Origin: Granulicella sp.
Lineage (GTDB): Bacteria; Acidobacteriota; Terriglobia; Terriglobales; Acidobacteriaceae
NCBI GenBank assembly: GCA_003132145.1
Contig: PKWU01000045.1
Coordinates: 1,099-65,098 of the forward strand
Direction: 5' to 3'
DNA length: 64,000 nucleotides
Made by a program: the position numbers and the translations under genes. A model generated the notes under the pieces. That model searched no databases. It saw only the letters and a list, made by a program, of their open reading frames with translations, and was not told the origin of the DNA. Each line of letters begins with the position of its first letter. The first letter of the stretch is position 1. Positions 1-9,569 of the stretch are shown here, in pieces.

Positions 1-1369
1 GGGAGTTCTGGAAGGGACGGCTGGTGATGGGGACGCTGTTGAGGATCTCGTTCTGGTGGACGGCGGTGTGGCGGGTGAGGAGGGTCTGGGCGAGAGAGAT
101 TCCGATGGAGCCTCCGATGTTGCGCATGAGGTTGAAGAGGCCACTGGCGCCGCCTATCTGTTCGTTGCGCAGGGTGCCGTAGGCGGCGATGGAGATGGGG
201 ACGAAGACGAAGCTGAGGCCGAAGCCGGTGATCATGATGGGGATGAGCAGCGTGGTGGGGGAGATGTCCAGGGTGACGTTTCCGAAGTAGAGAGTGGTGA
301 GGCCGAAGATGAAGAAGCCGAAGGTGAGGAGATAGCGGGGATCGACCTTGTTGGAGAGGTAGCCGATGGCGGGCAGTCCGCAGATGGTGCCGAGGCCCCG
401 CGGGGCGACGACCAGGCCGGCGGTGAATGCGGTGTAGCCCAGCAGTTCCTGGTAGAAGAGGGGAAGGACGACGATGGTGGAGTAGATGGCGATGCCGAAG
501 AAGAAGATGAGCAGACATCCGACGCCGAAGTTGCGGTTTTTAAGGAGTTTGAGATCGACCATTGGTTCGTGCTTGCGCCAGGAGTGCCAGATGAAGAGAG
601 CAAAGCTGGTGACGAGGAAGAAGAAGGCCCAGCGGATCCAAGTGGCGCCGAACCAGTCTGACTCCTGTCCCTTGTCGAGGATGATCTGAAGCAGGCCTGT
701 CCATACGACGAGTGCTCCGAAGCCGAGGTTGTCGAATGCGGGGACGCGGGCGTTCTTGATGTAAGGCGGGTCGTGGACGAAGCGGTTGATCATGTAGAGG
801 GCGAGCAGGCCGACGGGGATGTTGATGTAGAAGGCGTATCGCCAGGAGTAAGTGTCGGTGAGCCATCCGCCGAGGGTGGGGCCGAGGACGGGGGCGACGA
901 CGACGCCGAAGCCGAAGAGCGCCATGGCGGCCCCGCGCTTGCGTGGCGGGAAAGACTCCAGCATGATGGCCTGGGAGAGCGGCTGAAGAGCGCCCCCGCC
1001 GGCGCCCTGGACGATGCGCGCGATCAGGAGGAAGGCGAGGGTGGGCGCGGAGCCGCAGGCGAAGCTGGCGGCGGTGAAGATGGCGACGCAGCTCATGAGG
1101 AAGCGCTTGCGGCCAAACTTGAGGGAGCACCAATTGCTGGCCGGGAGGACGATGGCGTTGGCGACCAGATAGCTGGTGAGCACCCAGGTTGCCTCGTCAG
1201 TGGTGGCGGAGAGCGAACCGGCGATGTAGGGCAGGGCGACCGAGGCGATGGCGGTGTCCAGCACCTCCATGAAGGTGGCGAGCATGACGGCCGCGGCGAT
1301 GAGCCAGGGATTGACCCCGGCGGTGACCTCGGCTGAGAGGTCGGGCGGTGCTGTAGCGGTTTCAGCCAT
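1..1369 (-). CDS. DHA2 (EmrB/QacA) family MFS efflux transporter, 3' end outside window
   Basis: Manual translation from ATG 1369: MAETATAPPDLSAEVTAGVNPWLIAAAVMLATFMEVLDTAIASVALPYIAGSLSATTDEATWVLTSYLVANAIV, the typical DHA2 N-terminus. Frame stays open to the window edge. Confidence 0.93.
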   Translation of the reverse strand, partial: MAETATAPPDLSAEVTAGVNPWLIAAAVMLATFMEVLDTAIASVALPYIAGSLSATTDEATWVLTSYLVANAIVLPASNWCSLKFGRKRFLMSCVAIFTAASFACGSAPTLAFLLIARIVQGAGGGALQPLSQAIMLESFPPRKRGAAMALFGFGVVVAPVLGPTLGGWLTDTYSWRYAFYINIPVGLLALYMINRFVHDPPYIKNARVPAFDNLGFGALVVWTGLLQIILDKGQESDWFGATWIRWAFFFLVTSFALFIWHSWRKHEPMVDLKLLKNRNFGVGCLLIFFFGIAIYSTIVVLPLFYQELLGYTAFTAGLVVAPRGLGTICGLPAIGYLSNKVDPRYLLTFGFFIFGLTTLYFGNVTLDISPTTLLIPIMITGFGLSFVFVPISIAAYGTLRNEQIGGASGLFNLMRNIGGSIGISLAQTLLTRHTAVHQNEILNSVPITSRPFQNS

Positions 1370-1592
1370 GCGGGGCGGGAGACTCCTTGGTTCAGAGGAT
1401 GCGATTTGGTTGAGTTGGATGGTTCAGTTTGATGCTTCGGACAATTTGATGCGTCACTCTAAGGATATAGAGAAGTGAGGTGGACGTGGGGATGCAATTT
1501 GACGTGGGGGGTGGGGCGGAAGGTGCTGCTGGAGATGCGGCGGAGGGGGGGTGCGGCTGGCGTGGGGCGGGATCTGGGATTTTGAGGCAGGA

Positions 1593-2414
1593 CTATTGGA
1601 GGGTGAGTGTGCCGGTGAATGTAACGATGTCAGATGCCGTCACGGCAAAGGCCAGATTGCTGACGGTGATCTGCGTGGCGGCTGGATTGGTTGAGGCCGT
1701 GAGCGAGACGACGGGGACGATGCCGGGGGTGGGATCGTAGAGGGTGATGCCTTCTCCGCTGATCGTGCCGCTGAGGGTGTCGGTGCTGAGGCCGCTGTTG
1801 CTGGGGAAGGTGACGGTGCCGGTGAGGGAGAATGAGCCGTCGGCGTTGGGGGTGGTGGACTGGGTGAGGGTCAGGCTGCCTGTGCCGCTCATGTTGGGCG
1901 AGGCGCTGTCGGTGAGGGTTCCGGTGTAGGTGCCGTTGAGGGGTGCGATCTCTGCGCCGGCGGCCGGTAATAGTGCGATAACGTTACAGCTGGCCCCACC
2001 CGCAGGTGGAGGTTGGCACCCAACAGTCATATTTCCAGTTGCCAGGTTGGTGGGGTTGGCGGGAAGTGTGAGTTGAACTCCGAGATAGGCTGGCGTGGAG
2101 CTGAGGGCGAGGACCGATGTGGTGGAGTCGAAGGAGCCAGAGAAGTTTACGATACCGGCACCACCGCTAGCAGCGTTGGTTTGGAAGAGGCCGGTAACCT
2201 GAGAGCCCTGGAGCTGCATTGCGCCGACGAGATAGGTGCCTGTGGGCGGGGATGTAAGCGCAGTTGGCGGGACGATGGTGGAGGTACCGGTTTGGATCTG
2301 CCAGTTGCTCCAGTTGCCGGAGAGGGGCGAGGAGGCGTGGGGAGTGTTTGGCAGAGTGCAGCCGAGGAGACAGGCGAGGGGAAGGAGGAGCGCAATGGAA
2401 GCCCGGGTGCGCAT
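1593..2414 (-). CDS. Putative lipoprotein, Thr/Ser/Gly-rich
   Basis: MRTRASIALLLPLACLLGC has a signal peptide with a lipobox-like LLGC. No family recognised. Confidence 0.7.
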   Translation of the reverse strand: MRTRASIALLLPLACLLGCTLPNTPHASSPLSGNWSNWQIQTGTSTIVPPTALTSPPTGTYLVGAMQLQGSQVTGLFQTNAASGGAGIVNFSGSFDSTTSVLALSSTPAYLGVQLTLPANPTNLATGNMTVGCQPPPAGGASCNVIALLPAAGAEIAPLNGTYTGTLTDSASPNMSGTGSLTLTQSTTPNADGSFSLTGTVTFPSNSGLSTDTLSGTISGEGITLYDPTPGIVPVVSLTASTNPAATQITVSNLAFAVTASDIVTFTGTLTLQ

Positions 2415-2503
2415 GGAGGGATGGTACTCCTGGGGGGGTGCTGGGGCAACGTGAAACATCTGTGCGAGTGCGAATCCGAGGCGATATGGAGTGCATCATA
2501 TAA

Positions 2504-2545
2504 GTTGACAATAAGCCACTCATATGTGAGACTGAATGAGTCGAT
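2504..2545 (+). promoter_or_regulatory. dnaK promoter (TTGACA-17-GAGACT) overlapped by two HAIR-like HspR operators
   Basis: gTTGAca-N7-ACTCAta (2504-2524) and tgTGAGa-N7-AgTCgAt (2525-2545) versus HAIR CTTGAGT-N7-ACTCAAG. hspR lies downstream. Confidence 0.5.
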
Positions 2546-2688
2546 AGATGGATTGAGAGCGCGAACCGGCGGGTTTTGAGGGATTTGCGCATCTAACGGA
2601 ATACAGAGATTCTGGCTGCGCCAGAATGACGAGTTTGGGCAGATTTTTAGAGTTTAGAAGTCAATTTGAATTTCAGGAGCGGAAGACA

Positions 2689-4614
2689 ATGGGAAAGACG
2701 ATTGGAATCGATCTGGGAACGACGAACAGCTGCGTTGCGGTGATGGAGGGCGGCGAGCCGAAGGTGATCCCGAATGAAGAGGGCGGACGGACGACGCCGT
2801 CGATTGTGGCGTTTACCAAGAGCGGCGAGCGGCTGGTGGGGGCCGTGGCCAAGCGGCAGGCGATCACCAACCCGGAGAACACGGTCTATTCGATCAAACG
2901 GTTCATGGGGCGGCGGCTGAACGAGGTGGGCGACGAGCTGAAGATGGTGCCGTACAAGGTGGTCGCGAAGGGCGACAACGTGGCCGTGGTGGCGCAGGGC
3001 AAGGAGTACACGGCGCCGGAGATCTCGGCGATGATTTTGCAGAAGCTGAAGAAGGCCGCGGAGGACTATCTGGGCGGCGCGGTGACGGATGCGGTGATTA
3101 CGGTCCCCGCTTACTTCAACGACGCGCAGCGGCAGGCGACCAAGGATGCAGGCAAGATTGCCGGACTTGATGTGAAGCGGATTGTGAATGAGCCGACCGC
3201 GGCGGCGCTGGCCTATGGGCTGGACAGGAAGAAGGACGAGACGATTGCGGTGTACGACTTCGGCGGGGGGACTTTTGATATTTCCATTCTCGAAGTCGGC
3301 GAAGGCGTGATCGAGGTGAAGTCGACCAACGGCGATACGCATTTGGGTGGGGACAATCTTGATCAGCGGATTGTGGACTGGCTGATTGGGGAGTTCAAGA
3401 CGGACACGGGGCTTGACCTGCACGCCAAGGGCAACGAGATGGCGCTGCAACGGCTGCGCGACGCGGCGGAGAAGGCGAAGATCGAGCTTTCGACGGCGCA
3501 GGAGAGCGAGATCAACCTGCCGTTCATTACGGCGGACGCGAGCGGGCCGAAGCATCTGGTGCGGACGCTGAAGCGGCCACAGTTGGAGCAGATGGTCGAT
3601 GATCTGCTGCAGAAGTCGGTTGGGCCATGCAAGCAGGCGCTGAAGGACGCGGGGATCGATGCGTCGAAGATCGACGAGGTGGTTCTGGTTGGTGGACAGA
3701 CGCGAATGCCTGCGATCCAGGAGCTGGTGAAGAAGCTCTTCGGCAAAGAGCCGCACAAGGGTGTGAACCCGGACGAGGTGGTGGCGATCGGCGCGGCGGT
3801 GCAGGCGGGTGTGCTGGCGGGCGATGTGAAGGACCTGCTGCTGCTGGACGTGACTCCGCTGACTCTGTCGATTGAGACGATGGGCGGCGTGGCGACGAGC
3901 ATGATTGCACGCAACACGACGATTCCGACCAAGAAGACGGAGACGTTCTCGACGGCGGCGGACAGCCAGACCGAGGTTGAGGTGCATGTGATGCAGGGCG
4001 AACGGCCGATGGCGGCGCAGAACCGGACGCTGGGCAAGTTCAAGCTGGGCGGGATTCCGCTGGCCCCGCGTGGCGTGCCGCAGATCGAGGTGACGTTCGA
4101 CATCGATGCCAACGGGATCCTGAACGTGACGGCGAAGGACAAGGCCACGGGCAAGGACGCGAAGATCGCGATTACGAGTTCTTCGGGGTTGAGCAAGGAC
4201 GAGATCGAGCGGATGGCGAAGGACGCCGAGGCCCACGCGTCGGAGGACAAGGAGCAGCGCGAGAAGGTGGAGGCACGCAACGGGCTGGACTCGCTGGTGT
4301 ACAACGTGGAGAAGATGATCAAGGACGGCGGCGAGAAGGTAGCGGCGGCGGACAAGGTCGACGTGGAAGCTGCGCTGGCAGAGGCAAAAAAGACCCTGGA
4401 AGGCGAAGCGAGCGCGGCGGAGCTGAACGGCGCGAAGGAGAAGCTGACGGCGGCAAGCCACAAGCTGGCCGAGGCGCTGTACAAGGCGGCGGCAGAGGCC
4501 CCGGCTGCGGGCGCAACCGGCGCAACCGGCGCGGAGGGCGCTCCGGGAACGCAGGAAGAGAAGAAAAAAGACGAAGGTGTTATAGACGCGGAGTATGTGG
4601 ACGTGGATAAGTAA
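2689..4614 (+). CDS. dnaK: Molecular chaperone DnaK
   Basis: [40 protein letters not shown]; RBS CAGGAG upstream of ATG 2689. Confidence 0.99.
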   Translation: MGKTIGIDLGTTNSCVAVMEGGEPKVIPNEEGGRTTPSIVAFTKSGERLVGAVAKRQAITNPENTVYSIKRFMGRRLNEVGDELKMVPYKVVAKGDNVAVVAQGKEYTAPEISAMILQKLKKAAEDYLGGAVTDAVITVPAYFNDAQRQATKDAGKIAGLDVKRIVNEPTAAALAYGLDRKKDETIAVYDFGGGTFDISILEVGEGVIEVKSTNGDTHLGGDNLDQRIVDWLIGEFKTDTGLDLHAKGNEMALQRLRDAAEKAKIELSTAQESEINLPFITADASGPKHLVRTLKRPQLEQMVDDLLQKSVGPCKQALKDAGIDASKIDEVVLVGGQTRMPAIQELVKKLFGKEPHKGVNPDEVVAIGAAVQAGVLAGDVKDLLLLDVTPLTLSIETMGGVATSMIARNTTIPTKKTETFSTAADSQTEVEVHVMQGERPMAAQNRTLGKFKLGGIPLAPRGVPQIEVTFDIDANGILNVTAKDKATGKDAKIAITSSSGLSKDEIERMAKDAEAHASEDKEQREKVEARNGLDSLVYNVEKMIKDGGEKVAAADKVDVEAALAEAKKTLEGEASAAELNGAKEKLTAASHKLAEALYKAAAEAPAAGATGATGAEGAPGTQEEKKKDEGVIDAEYVDVDK

Positions 4615-4811
4615 AGAACGGCCACGGATGGATGTGGATCGCTGTAGACCGATTCGGCATCCAATCAAGAAGAGAAGCAGGGAAGGGCGCTCTGGTTGAG
4701 TTCGGCTAACTGGCCGGATCGGTTGGGGCGCTCTTCTAGTAGAGGCAGGGAACAGGGGTCAGGGAACAGGGAACAGGAAAGACACATGCTGCGTTGCGGA
4801 GGTGGGTGCGT

Positions 4812-4985
4812 ATGACTGAGTTGACGGTTTGGAAGTGCGAGCAGTGGGTTGGGGGAATTATCAAGGAGCAGAACCTCTTCCGTAGCGAGGAGGCTGCGCG
4901 GGAGTTTGCGCGCGCGCTGGCCGGGGTCTCTCCGGACCTGGTGTTCAAGATTGAGCCGATGCCATTGCAGCATGTGTGGAACTGA
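4812..4985 (+). CDS. 57-aa hypothetical protein (VWN-tail paralog 1)
   Basis: RBS GGAGG; MTELTVWKCEQWVGGIIKEQNLFRSEEAAREFARALAGVSPDLVFKIEPMPLQHVWN; aligns with 5400-5570. Confidence 0.8.
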   Translation: MTELTVWKCEQWVGGIIKEQNLFRSEEAAREFARALAGVSPDLVFKIEPMPLQHVWN

Positions 4986-5002
4986 GGCTGCGCATTGAAA
5001 AA

Positions 5003-5034
5003 GCAGATTCCTCCGCTGCGCTGCGGAATGACAA
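5003..5034. repeat. Palindromic REP-like repeat family A (gcagattcctccgctgcgctgcggaatgacaa)
   Basis: Near-identical copies at 13305, 16950, 17010, 22144, 22200, 46791 and 63630; variants near 2604, 12788, 14057, 16880 and 22258. Hairpin with a TGTC/CGTC tag on the minus strand. Confidence 0.9.
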
Positions 5035-5399
5035 GCAACAGGGCTGCGGAGTGACAAGAGGGAAAGTGCAGGGGGGGATTCAGGATGGTTCCCCACAGGA
5101 ATTTGGCGGGTTGGGCTGTTGCGCGGGGCGAGGACGTGAGACATTGGAGGAGACAAAAGGACGCATGAAGCGGTGGAGATGAAATTTCTGTACAACTGAA
5201 GTGCTGCTGGAAGGTCTGATCTTCTCAAGAAGGAGCAGGGACGCGAACCGGTATGGCTGAGCGGCTGAGCACGAAGAGCGGCACGAATGCTGGACGGAGA
5301 GTTGAACGACAAGGCTAAACAACAAGGCTGGACAACAGGGCTGAACAACAGAGCGGGACAACAGAACCTGGAACTCAATCGGAGCTTGGAGGGTAGGCT

Positions 5400-5570
5400 A
5401 TGACGGAGACCATGTGGCGGTGTGACCAGGTTCGGGCCGGACAGTTGTACAACCGGGTGATGTTCAACACGCGCGAAGAGGCCGAGGAGTTTATGACCCG
5501 GATGCGGCAGATGGAGCCGGACCAGGCGATCTCGGTGGAAGAGATTGAGGCGCGGAAGGTGTGGAACTGA
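5400..5570 (+). CDS. 56-aa hypothetical protein (VWN-tail paralog 2), absent from ORF track
   Basis: RBS GGAGGG; MTETMWRCDQVRAGQLYNRVMFNTREEAEEFMTRMRQMEPDQAISVEEIEARKVWN. Confidence 0.8.
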   Translation: MTETMWRCDQVRAGQLYNRVMFNTREEAEEFMTRMRQMEPDQAISVEEIEARKVWN

Positions 5571-5609
5571 AGGGCTGGCAGGGCCGGAAGCTGAGCTTGA
5601 AGCAAAGGT

Positions 5610-5643
5610 AAAAAAAGGCGCGGCTTCGGCCGCGCTTTTTTTT
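5610..5643. terminator. Intrinsic terminator, possibly bidirectional
   Basis: A-tract, 7-bp stem GCGCGGC/GCCGCGC with TTCG loop, then T8. Confidence 0.88.
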
Positions 5644-5665
5644 GAGCATGAGCAAGGAGAGGATG

Positions 5666-5980
5666 ATGGCTATACCAAGAGACCCGAACCGCATGCCTCC
5701 GCCGATGCATCCCGGAGAGATTCTTCGCGAGGAGTTCATGGTGCCGATGGGCTTATCAGCGAATGCGCTGGCGATGGCGTTGCGCGTTCCGGCGACGCGC
5801 ATCTCGCAGATCGTACATGAGCGGCGCGGGATCACGGCGGACACCGCGTACCGGCTTGCAACCTACTTTGGTACTTCGGCGGAGCTGTGGATGAATCTGC
5901 AGACGACGTATGAGCTATCGACGCTGCAACGCACGACGCTTCCCTCCATACGGAGAGAGGTGCAACGCCAGGTGGCGTAG
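5666..5980 (+). CDS. higA: HigA-family antitoxin (XRE HTH), no adjacent toxin
   Basis: MHPGEILREEF...RISQIVHERRGITADTAYRLATYFGTSAELWMNLQ; RBS AAGGAG. Confidence 0.9.
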   Translation: MAIPRDPNRMPPPMHPGEILREEFMVPMGLSANALAMALRVPATRISQIVHERRGITADTAYRLATYFGTSAELWMNLQTTYELSTLQRTTLPSIRREVQRQVA

Positions 5981-6068
5981 CGGTCGATAGCTTGCAGGGA
6001 GAGACCGTCGTGCGGATGAGGTCCGACGGGAGCATTGAAGGTTGCGCGAAGGCCAGAAGGGTTTCTAG

Positions 6069-7328
6069 ATGGCGACACAGACGAAGGACTACTACAGCAC
6101 GCTGGGAGTGAAGCGGGGGGCGACGGCGGAGGAGATCCGCAAGGCGTTCCGCAAGCTGGCGCGCCGGTACCACCCGGACGTGAACCCGAACGACAAGCGG
6201 GCGGAGGAGAAGTTCAAGGAGATCTCCCAGGCCAACGACGTGTTGAGCGACGAGAAGAAGCGGAAGATCTACGATCAGGTGGGATTTTATTCGGACAATA
6301 TCGATCCGGCGGCGGCGGAGGCGGCGGCGCGGGGAGGGTACGGCGGGGGATTTGCGGGGGGTGGATTTCCGGGCGGAGCGCGGGCCGGCGGTCGAGGCGG
6401 GCAGGAGGTTCCGTTCGACTTTGGGGGATTCGATTTTTCGGACTTTCAGGGCAGCGGTGGACACGCGCGCCCTGGAACTCAGGAGCAGGCGGGCGGCGGG
6501 TTTGGCGGGAGCTTCAAGGACATCTTTGGCGGGATGTTCAGCGGTGGACACAAGGCGGCGCGCGGGCCGCGGCCGGGGACCGACCTGGAATATCAGGTGA
6601 GCGTGGACTTCTGGTCGGCGGTGCGCGGCGGAGTGGCGCGGCTGGAGATTCAGAGGCAGGAGACGTGCCCGGCGTGCAAGGGCAAGTCGGCGACGGGCGG
6701 CGGCAGTGAGTGCCCGGAGTGCCACGGCACGGGCCAGGTGACGCAGATGGGCGGGCGGATGAAGTTCAACATCCAGTGCCCGCGATGCGGCGGGACGGGC
6801 AAGCAGCAGAGCGGCTGCCCGACGTGCAATGGCGAGGGTGTGATGGCGCGACGCGAGCCGCTGGAGTTCCGCATCAAGGCGGGAACGCGCGATGGGCAGA
6901 GGATAAGGCTGGCGGGCAGAGGGAACGCAGGGACGGACGGCGGCGCGGCGGGAGATTTGTTCCTGATTGTGAAGGTGGGGACGCACCCGGTGTTTACGCG
7001 GGTGGCGGACGACATTTATGTGACGGTGCCGGTGACGATGACGGAGGCTGCGCTGGGGGCGAAGATCGACGTGCCGACGATCGATACACATGACGGCGGC
7101 GGGCGGACTCAGTTGAAGATTCCGCCGGGGACGCAGACCGGGCAGAAGCTGCGGTTGAGGGAGAAGGGCGTGCCCAGCGCGTCGCACGAGGGGATGCGCG
7201 GCGACGAGATTGTGGAGGTGAAGATCGTGGTGCCGCATGTGCAGGACGAGCGGTCGAAGGAGATATTGAGGGAGCTGGCGAAGCTGAATCCGGAGGACCC
7301 AAGGGCGGAGCTGCTGGGCGAGGTGTAG
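6069..7328 (+). CDS. dnaJ: Molecular chaperone DnaJ
   Basis: J domain with HPD, G/F-rich linker, four CxxCxGxG-type repeats, C-terminal domain. Confidence 0.97.
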   Translation: MATQTKDYYSTLGVKRGATAEEIRKAFRKLARRYHPDVNPNDKRAEEKFKEISQANDVLSDEKKRKIYDQVGFYSDNIDPAAAEAAARGGYGGGFAGGGFPGGARAGGRGGQEVPFDFGGFDFSDFQGSGGHARPGTQEQAGGGFGGSFKDIFGGMFSGGHKAARGPRPGTDLEYQVSVDFWSAVRGGVARLEIQRQETCPACKGKSATGGGSECPECHGTGQVTQMGGRMKFNIQCPRCGGTGKQQSGCPTCNGEGVMARREPLEFRIKAGTRDGQRIRLAGRGNAGTDGGAAGDLFLIVKVGTHPVFTRVADDIYVTVPVTMTEAALGAKIDVPTIDTHDGGGRTQLKIPPGTQTGQKLRLREKGVPSASHEGMRGDEIVEVKIVVPHVQDERSKEILRELAKLNPEDPRAELLGEV

Positions 7329-7351
7329 AACAAGGCAAAGGCTTAACACCG

Positions 7352-7630
7352 ATGACACCGATGAAACCGATCAATACGAATAAAGCGATGGAAGAAGAAG
7401 ACGACTGCATGAGGGCTGAGTACGACTTCAGCAATGGTGTGCGCGGCAATCACGCGGCGGCTTATGCTAAGGGCATTGAGGTGAGGGTTGACGGCGAGCC
7501 TCGCGTTGTTATGGTGACCCTCGATCCCGATGTGGCTGGCGTTTTTTCTAATTCTCAATCAGTCAACGAGGCTCTGCGGTTACTGATTCAGGTAGCGAAG
7601 AGGGCGCTGGATTTTCAGAAGGCGAGTTAA
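7352..7630 (+). CDS. BrnA-like antitoxin, no adjacent toxin; start uncertain
   Basis: MRAEYDFSNGVRG...VTLDPDVAGVFSNSQSVNEALRLLI resembles BrnA-type antitoxins. Confidence 0.7.
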   Translation: MTPMKPINTNKAMEEEDDCMRAEYDFSNGVRGNHAAAYAKGIEVRVDGEPRVVMVTLDPDVAGVFSNSQSVNEALRLLIQVAKRALDFQKAS

Positions 7631-7638
7631 GGGCGGCG

Positions 7639-8127
7639 ATGGCGACGAAGCGGAAGAAGCAAGGCGCGTACATGATCTCGGCGGTGGCGGAGATGTATGA
7701 GATCCATCCGCAGACGCTGCGGCTGTATGAGCGCGAGGGGCTGCTGCTGCCCAGCCGGAGCGAGGGCAACACGCGGCTGTATACCGACGAGGACCTGGAA
7801 CGGCTGGAGTTCATCCTGAACCTGGCGCGCGACCTGGGTGTGAATATCGCGGGGATCGCGATTGTGCTGCAGATGCGAGAGCGGATGGAGGAGATGAACC
7901 GGCAGATGCAGGGGTTCGTGGACTACGTGCGGACGGAGATGCTGAGCCGGATCCAACAGCAGCAGCCCAGCGCAGGGCTGGTTCCGATGCCGCGGCCGGT
8001 AATTGTGCCGCAGCGAGCGGCGGCGGGGAAGGTTGTGGCTTTGCCGGGGAAGGCCGCGGCGCTGAAGGGCGCGATTGTGGGTGGGAAGAGCGCGGGGAAA
8101 GCGGCGAAGGGGAAGACGAAGGAATAG
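7639..8127 (+). CDS. hspR: HspR, MerR-family heat-shock repressor
   Basis: YMISAVAEMYEIHPQTLRLYEREGLLLPSRSEGNTRLY...GVNIAGI; lies downstream of dnaJ. Confidence 0.9.
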   Translation: MATKRKKQGAYMISAVAEMYEIHPQTLRLYEREGLLLPSRSEGNTRLYTDEDLERLEFILNLARDLGVNIAGIAIVLQMRERMEEMNRQMQGFVDYVRTEMLSRIQQQQPSAGLVPMPRPVIVPQRAAAGKVVALPGKAAALKGAIVGGKSAGKAAKGKTKE

Positions 8128-8129
8128 GC

Positions 8130-8215
8130 CGGGCTTTCAGCCCTCTGTGATTTGTCCGGGCCGTATACCTGGGGCTGCGCCCCAGGCTGGTATTGGTCGC
8201 GCCGTTGGCGCTATT
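8130..8215. repeat. Intergenic composite palindromic repeat
   Basis: gggctttcagccc, cctggggctgcgccccagg and gcgccgttggcgc hairpins in series. Confidence 0.55.
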
Positions 8216-8309
8216 TTTTGATCGGCGGACCTGAAGTTGGCCGTCATCTTTTTCCGCTATGCGGGACGCACTACACTGGATGCGCGGGTGAATACGCCTG
8301 AAGGGTGCG

Positions 8310-9488
8310 ATGAGTTTGTTTTTGCGAATTTTGTACTACGGTGCGCTGGCGGGGACGGGGACGTCGGCGATCTACTGCGCGATGGTGCTGGTGGGGACGC
8401 TGCGATTTGCACGGAGGAAGCGGCGGGAGGAGCGGACGCCGGTGGAGTACATGCCACCGGTGAGCGTGCTGAAGCCGCTGCACGGCGCGGAGCCGGACCT
8501 GGAAGAAAATCTGCGGGGATTTTTCGCGCTGGACTATCCAGAGTATGAGTTGCTGTTCTGCGCGCGACACGCGGACGATGCGGGATTGCAGATGGCGCGG
8601 CGGATTGCTGCGGAGCATCCGGAGGTTCGGGCGCGTTTCCTGACCTGCGGCGAGCCGCAGTTTCCCAATGCGAAGATGTGGTCGATGGCCATGCTGGCGC
8701 GGGCGGCGAGCTACGAGACGCTGGTGACGAGCGATGCGGATGCGCGCGTGTCGCCGGATTACCTGCGGCGGATGGTGCAGGAGCTGGCCGATCCGGGCCG
8801 CGAACTGGCTTCGTGCCTGTATGTGGGACGGACGACCGGCGGGTTGGCCGCGCAACTGGACGCGGTGGGCAAGAGCGTGGAGATGACGGGCGGAATCCTT
8901 GTCGCCGATATGATCGAGGGCGGGACGCGGTTTGCGCTGGGAGTGAGCATGGTGCTGCGGCGGGGCGCGTTCGAGAAGGCCGGAGGGGTCGAGGACCTGG
9001 GGCAGTACTACGCCGAGGACTTTGTGCTGGGACAGCGGCTGGCGGAGGCGGGGTTCGGCGTGAGAATGGCGAACTATGTGGTGCGGCTGATGGTGCTGCC
9101 ACAGGGGCTGAGGGCGTCGTTCCGCGACCAGTTGCGATGGATGAAGAGCACCCGGCGGTCGCGGCCGGCGGGACACCTGGGAACGGGGCTGACGTATGCG
9201 GTGCCGTTCGGACTGCTGGGGCTGGGGTGGGGGTTGCTGGCGGGGCATCCGTTGGCGGGCGCGCTGTGGCTTCTGGGGACGTGCGTGAATCGCTGGGCGA
9301 TGGCTGCGGGAGTGCTCGCGGCGATTGAGGACGAGCAGGCGGCGTGGCCTACGCTGATCTATCCGCTGAGGGACCTGCTGGGATTTTCGGTTTGGGTGGC
9401 GAGCTACATGGGAAGCACGATGGTGTATCACGGAGGATCGTACTCGCTGGGCGTGGGCGGGCGGTTCGAGCCGGTGGAGCGGAAGTAG
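8310..9488 (+). CDS. GT2 glycosyltransferase, HpnI/ceramide glucosyltransferase-like
   Basis: VSVLKPLHG, SDAD, AED and QLRW motifs; N- and C-terminal TM segments. Confidence 0.85.
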   Translation: MSLFLRILYYGALAGTGTSAIYCAMVLVGTLRFARRKRREERTPVEYMPPVSVLKPLHGAEPDLEENLRGFFALDYPEYELLFCARHADDAGLQMARRIAAEHPEVRARFLTCGEPQFPNAKMWSMAMLARAASYETLVTSDADARVSPDYLRRMVQELADPGRELASCLYVGRTTGGLAAQLDAVGKSVEMTGGILVADMIEGGTRFALGVSMVLRRGAFEKAGGVEDLGQYYAEDFVLGQRLAEAGFGVRMANYVVRLMVLPQGLRASFRDQLRWMKSTRRSRPAGHLGTGLTYAVPFGLLGLGWGLLAGHPLAGALWLLGTCVNRWAMAAGVLAAIEDEQAAWPTLIYPLRDLLGFSVWVASYMGSTMVYHGGSYSLGVGGRFEPVERK

Positions 9489-9569
9489 TTGTCAGTTGCA
9501 GGTTGCAGGTTGTGAGTTGTTTGAATTGCTACGCTTAGACAACTGGCAACTAACAACCTGTAACCGTCT

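Noticed and set aside
56-1336. Long acidic plus-strand ORFs opposite membrane genes (also 10167-13909 and 22849-23667)
   Set aside because: Typical antisense translations of hydrophobic GC-rich codons; no independent features.
2460-2690. CIRCE (HrcA) operator before dnaK
   Set aside because: No TTAGCACTC-N9-GAGTGCTAA match.
2647-4668. 673-aa ORF antisense to dnaK
   Set aside because: Known shadow frame of GC-rich dnaK genes; no RBS or independent motifs.
5985-6060. Hairpin ccgtcg...cgacgg upstream of dnaJ as a thermometer or ribozyme
   Set aside because: Six-bp stem that does not clearly sequester an RBS and lacks ribozyme core motifs.
7329-7383. BrnT toxin remnant (…DQYE* before the antitoxin)
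   Set aside because: Too short and low-complexity to support homology.
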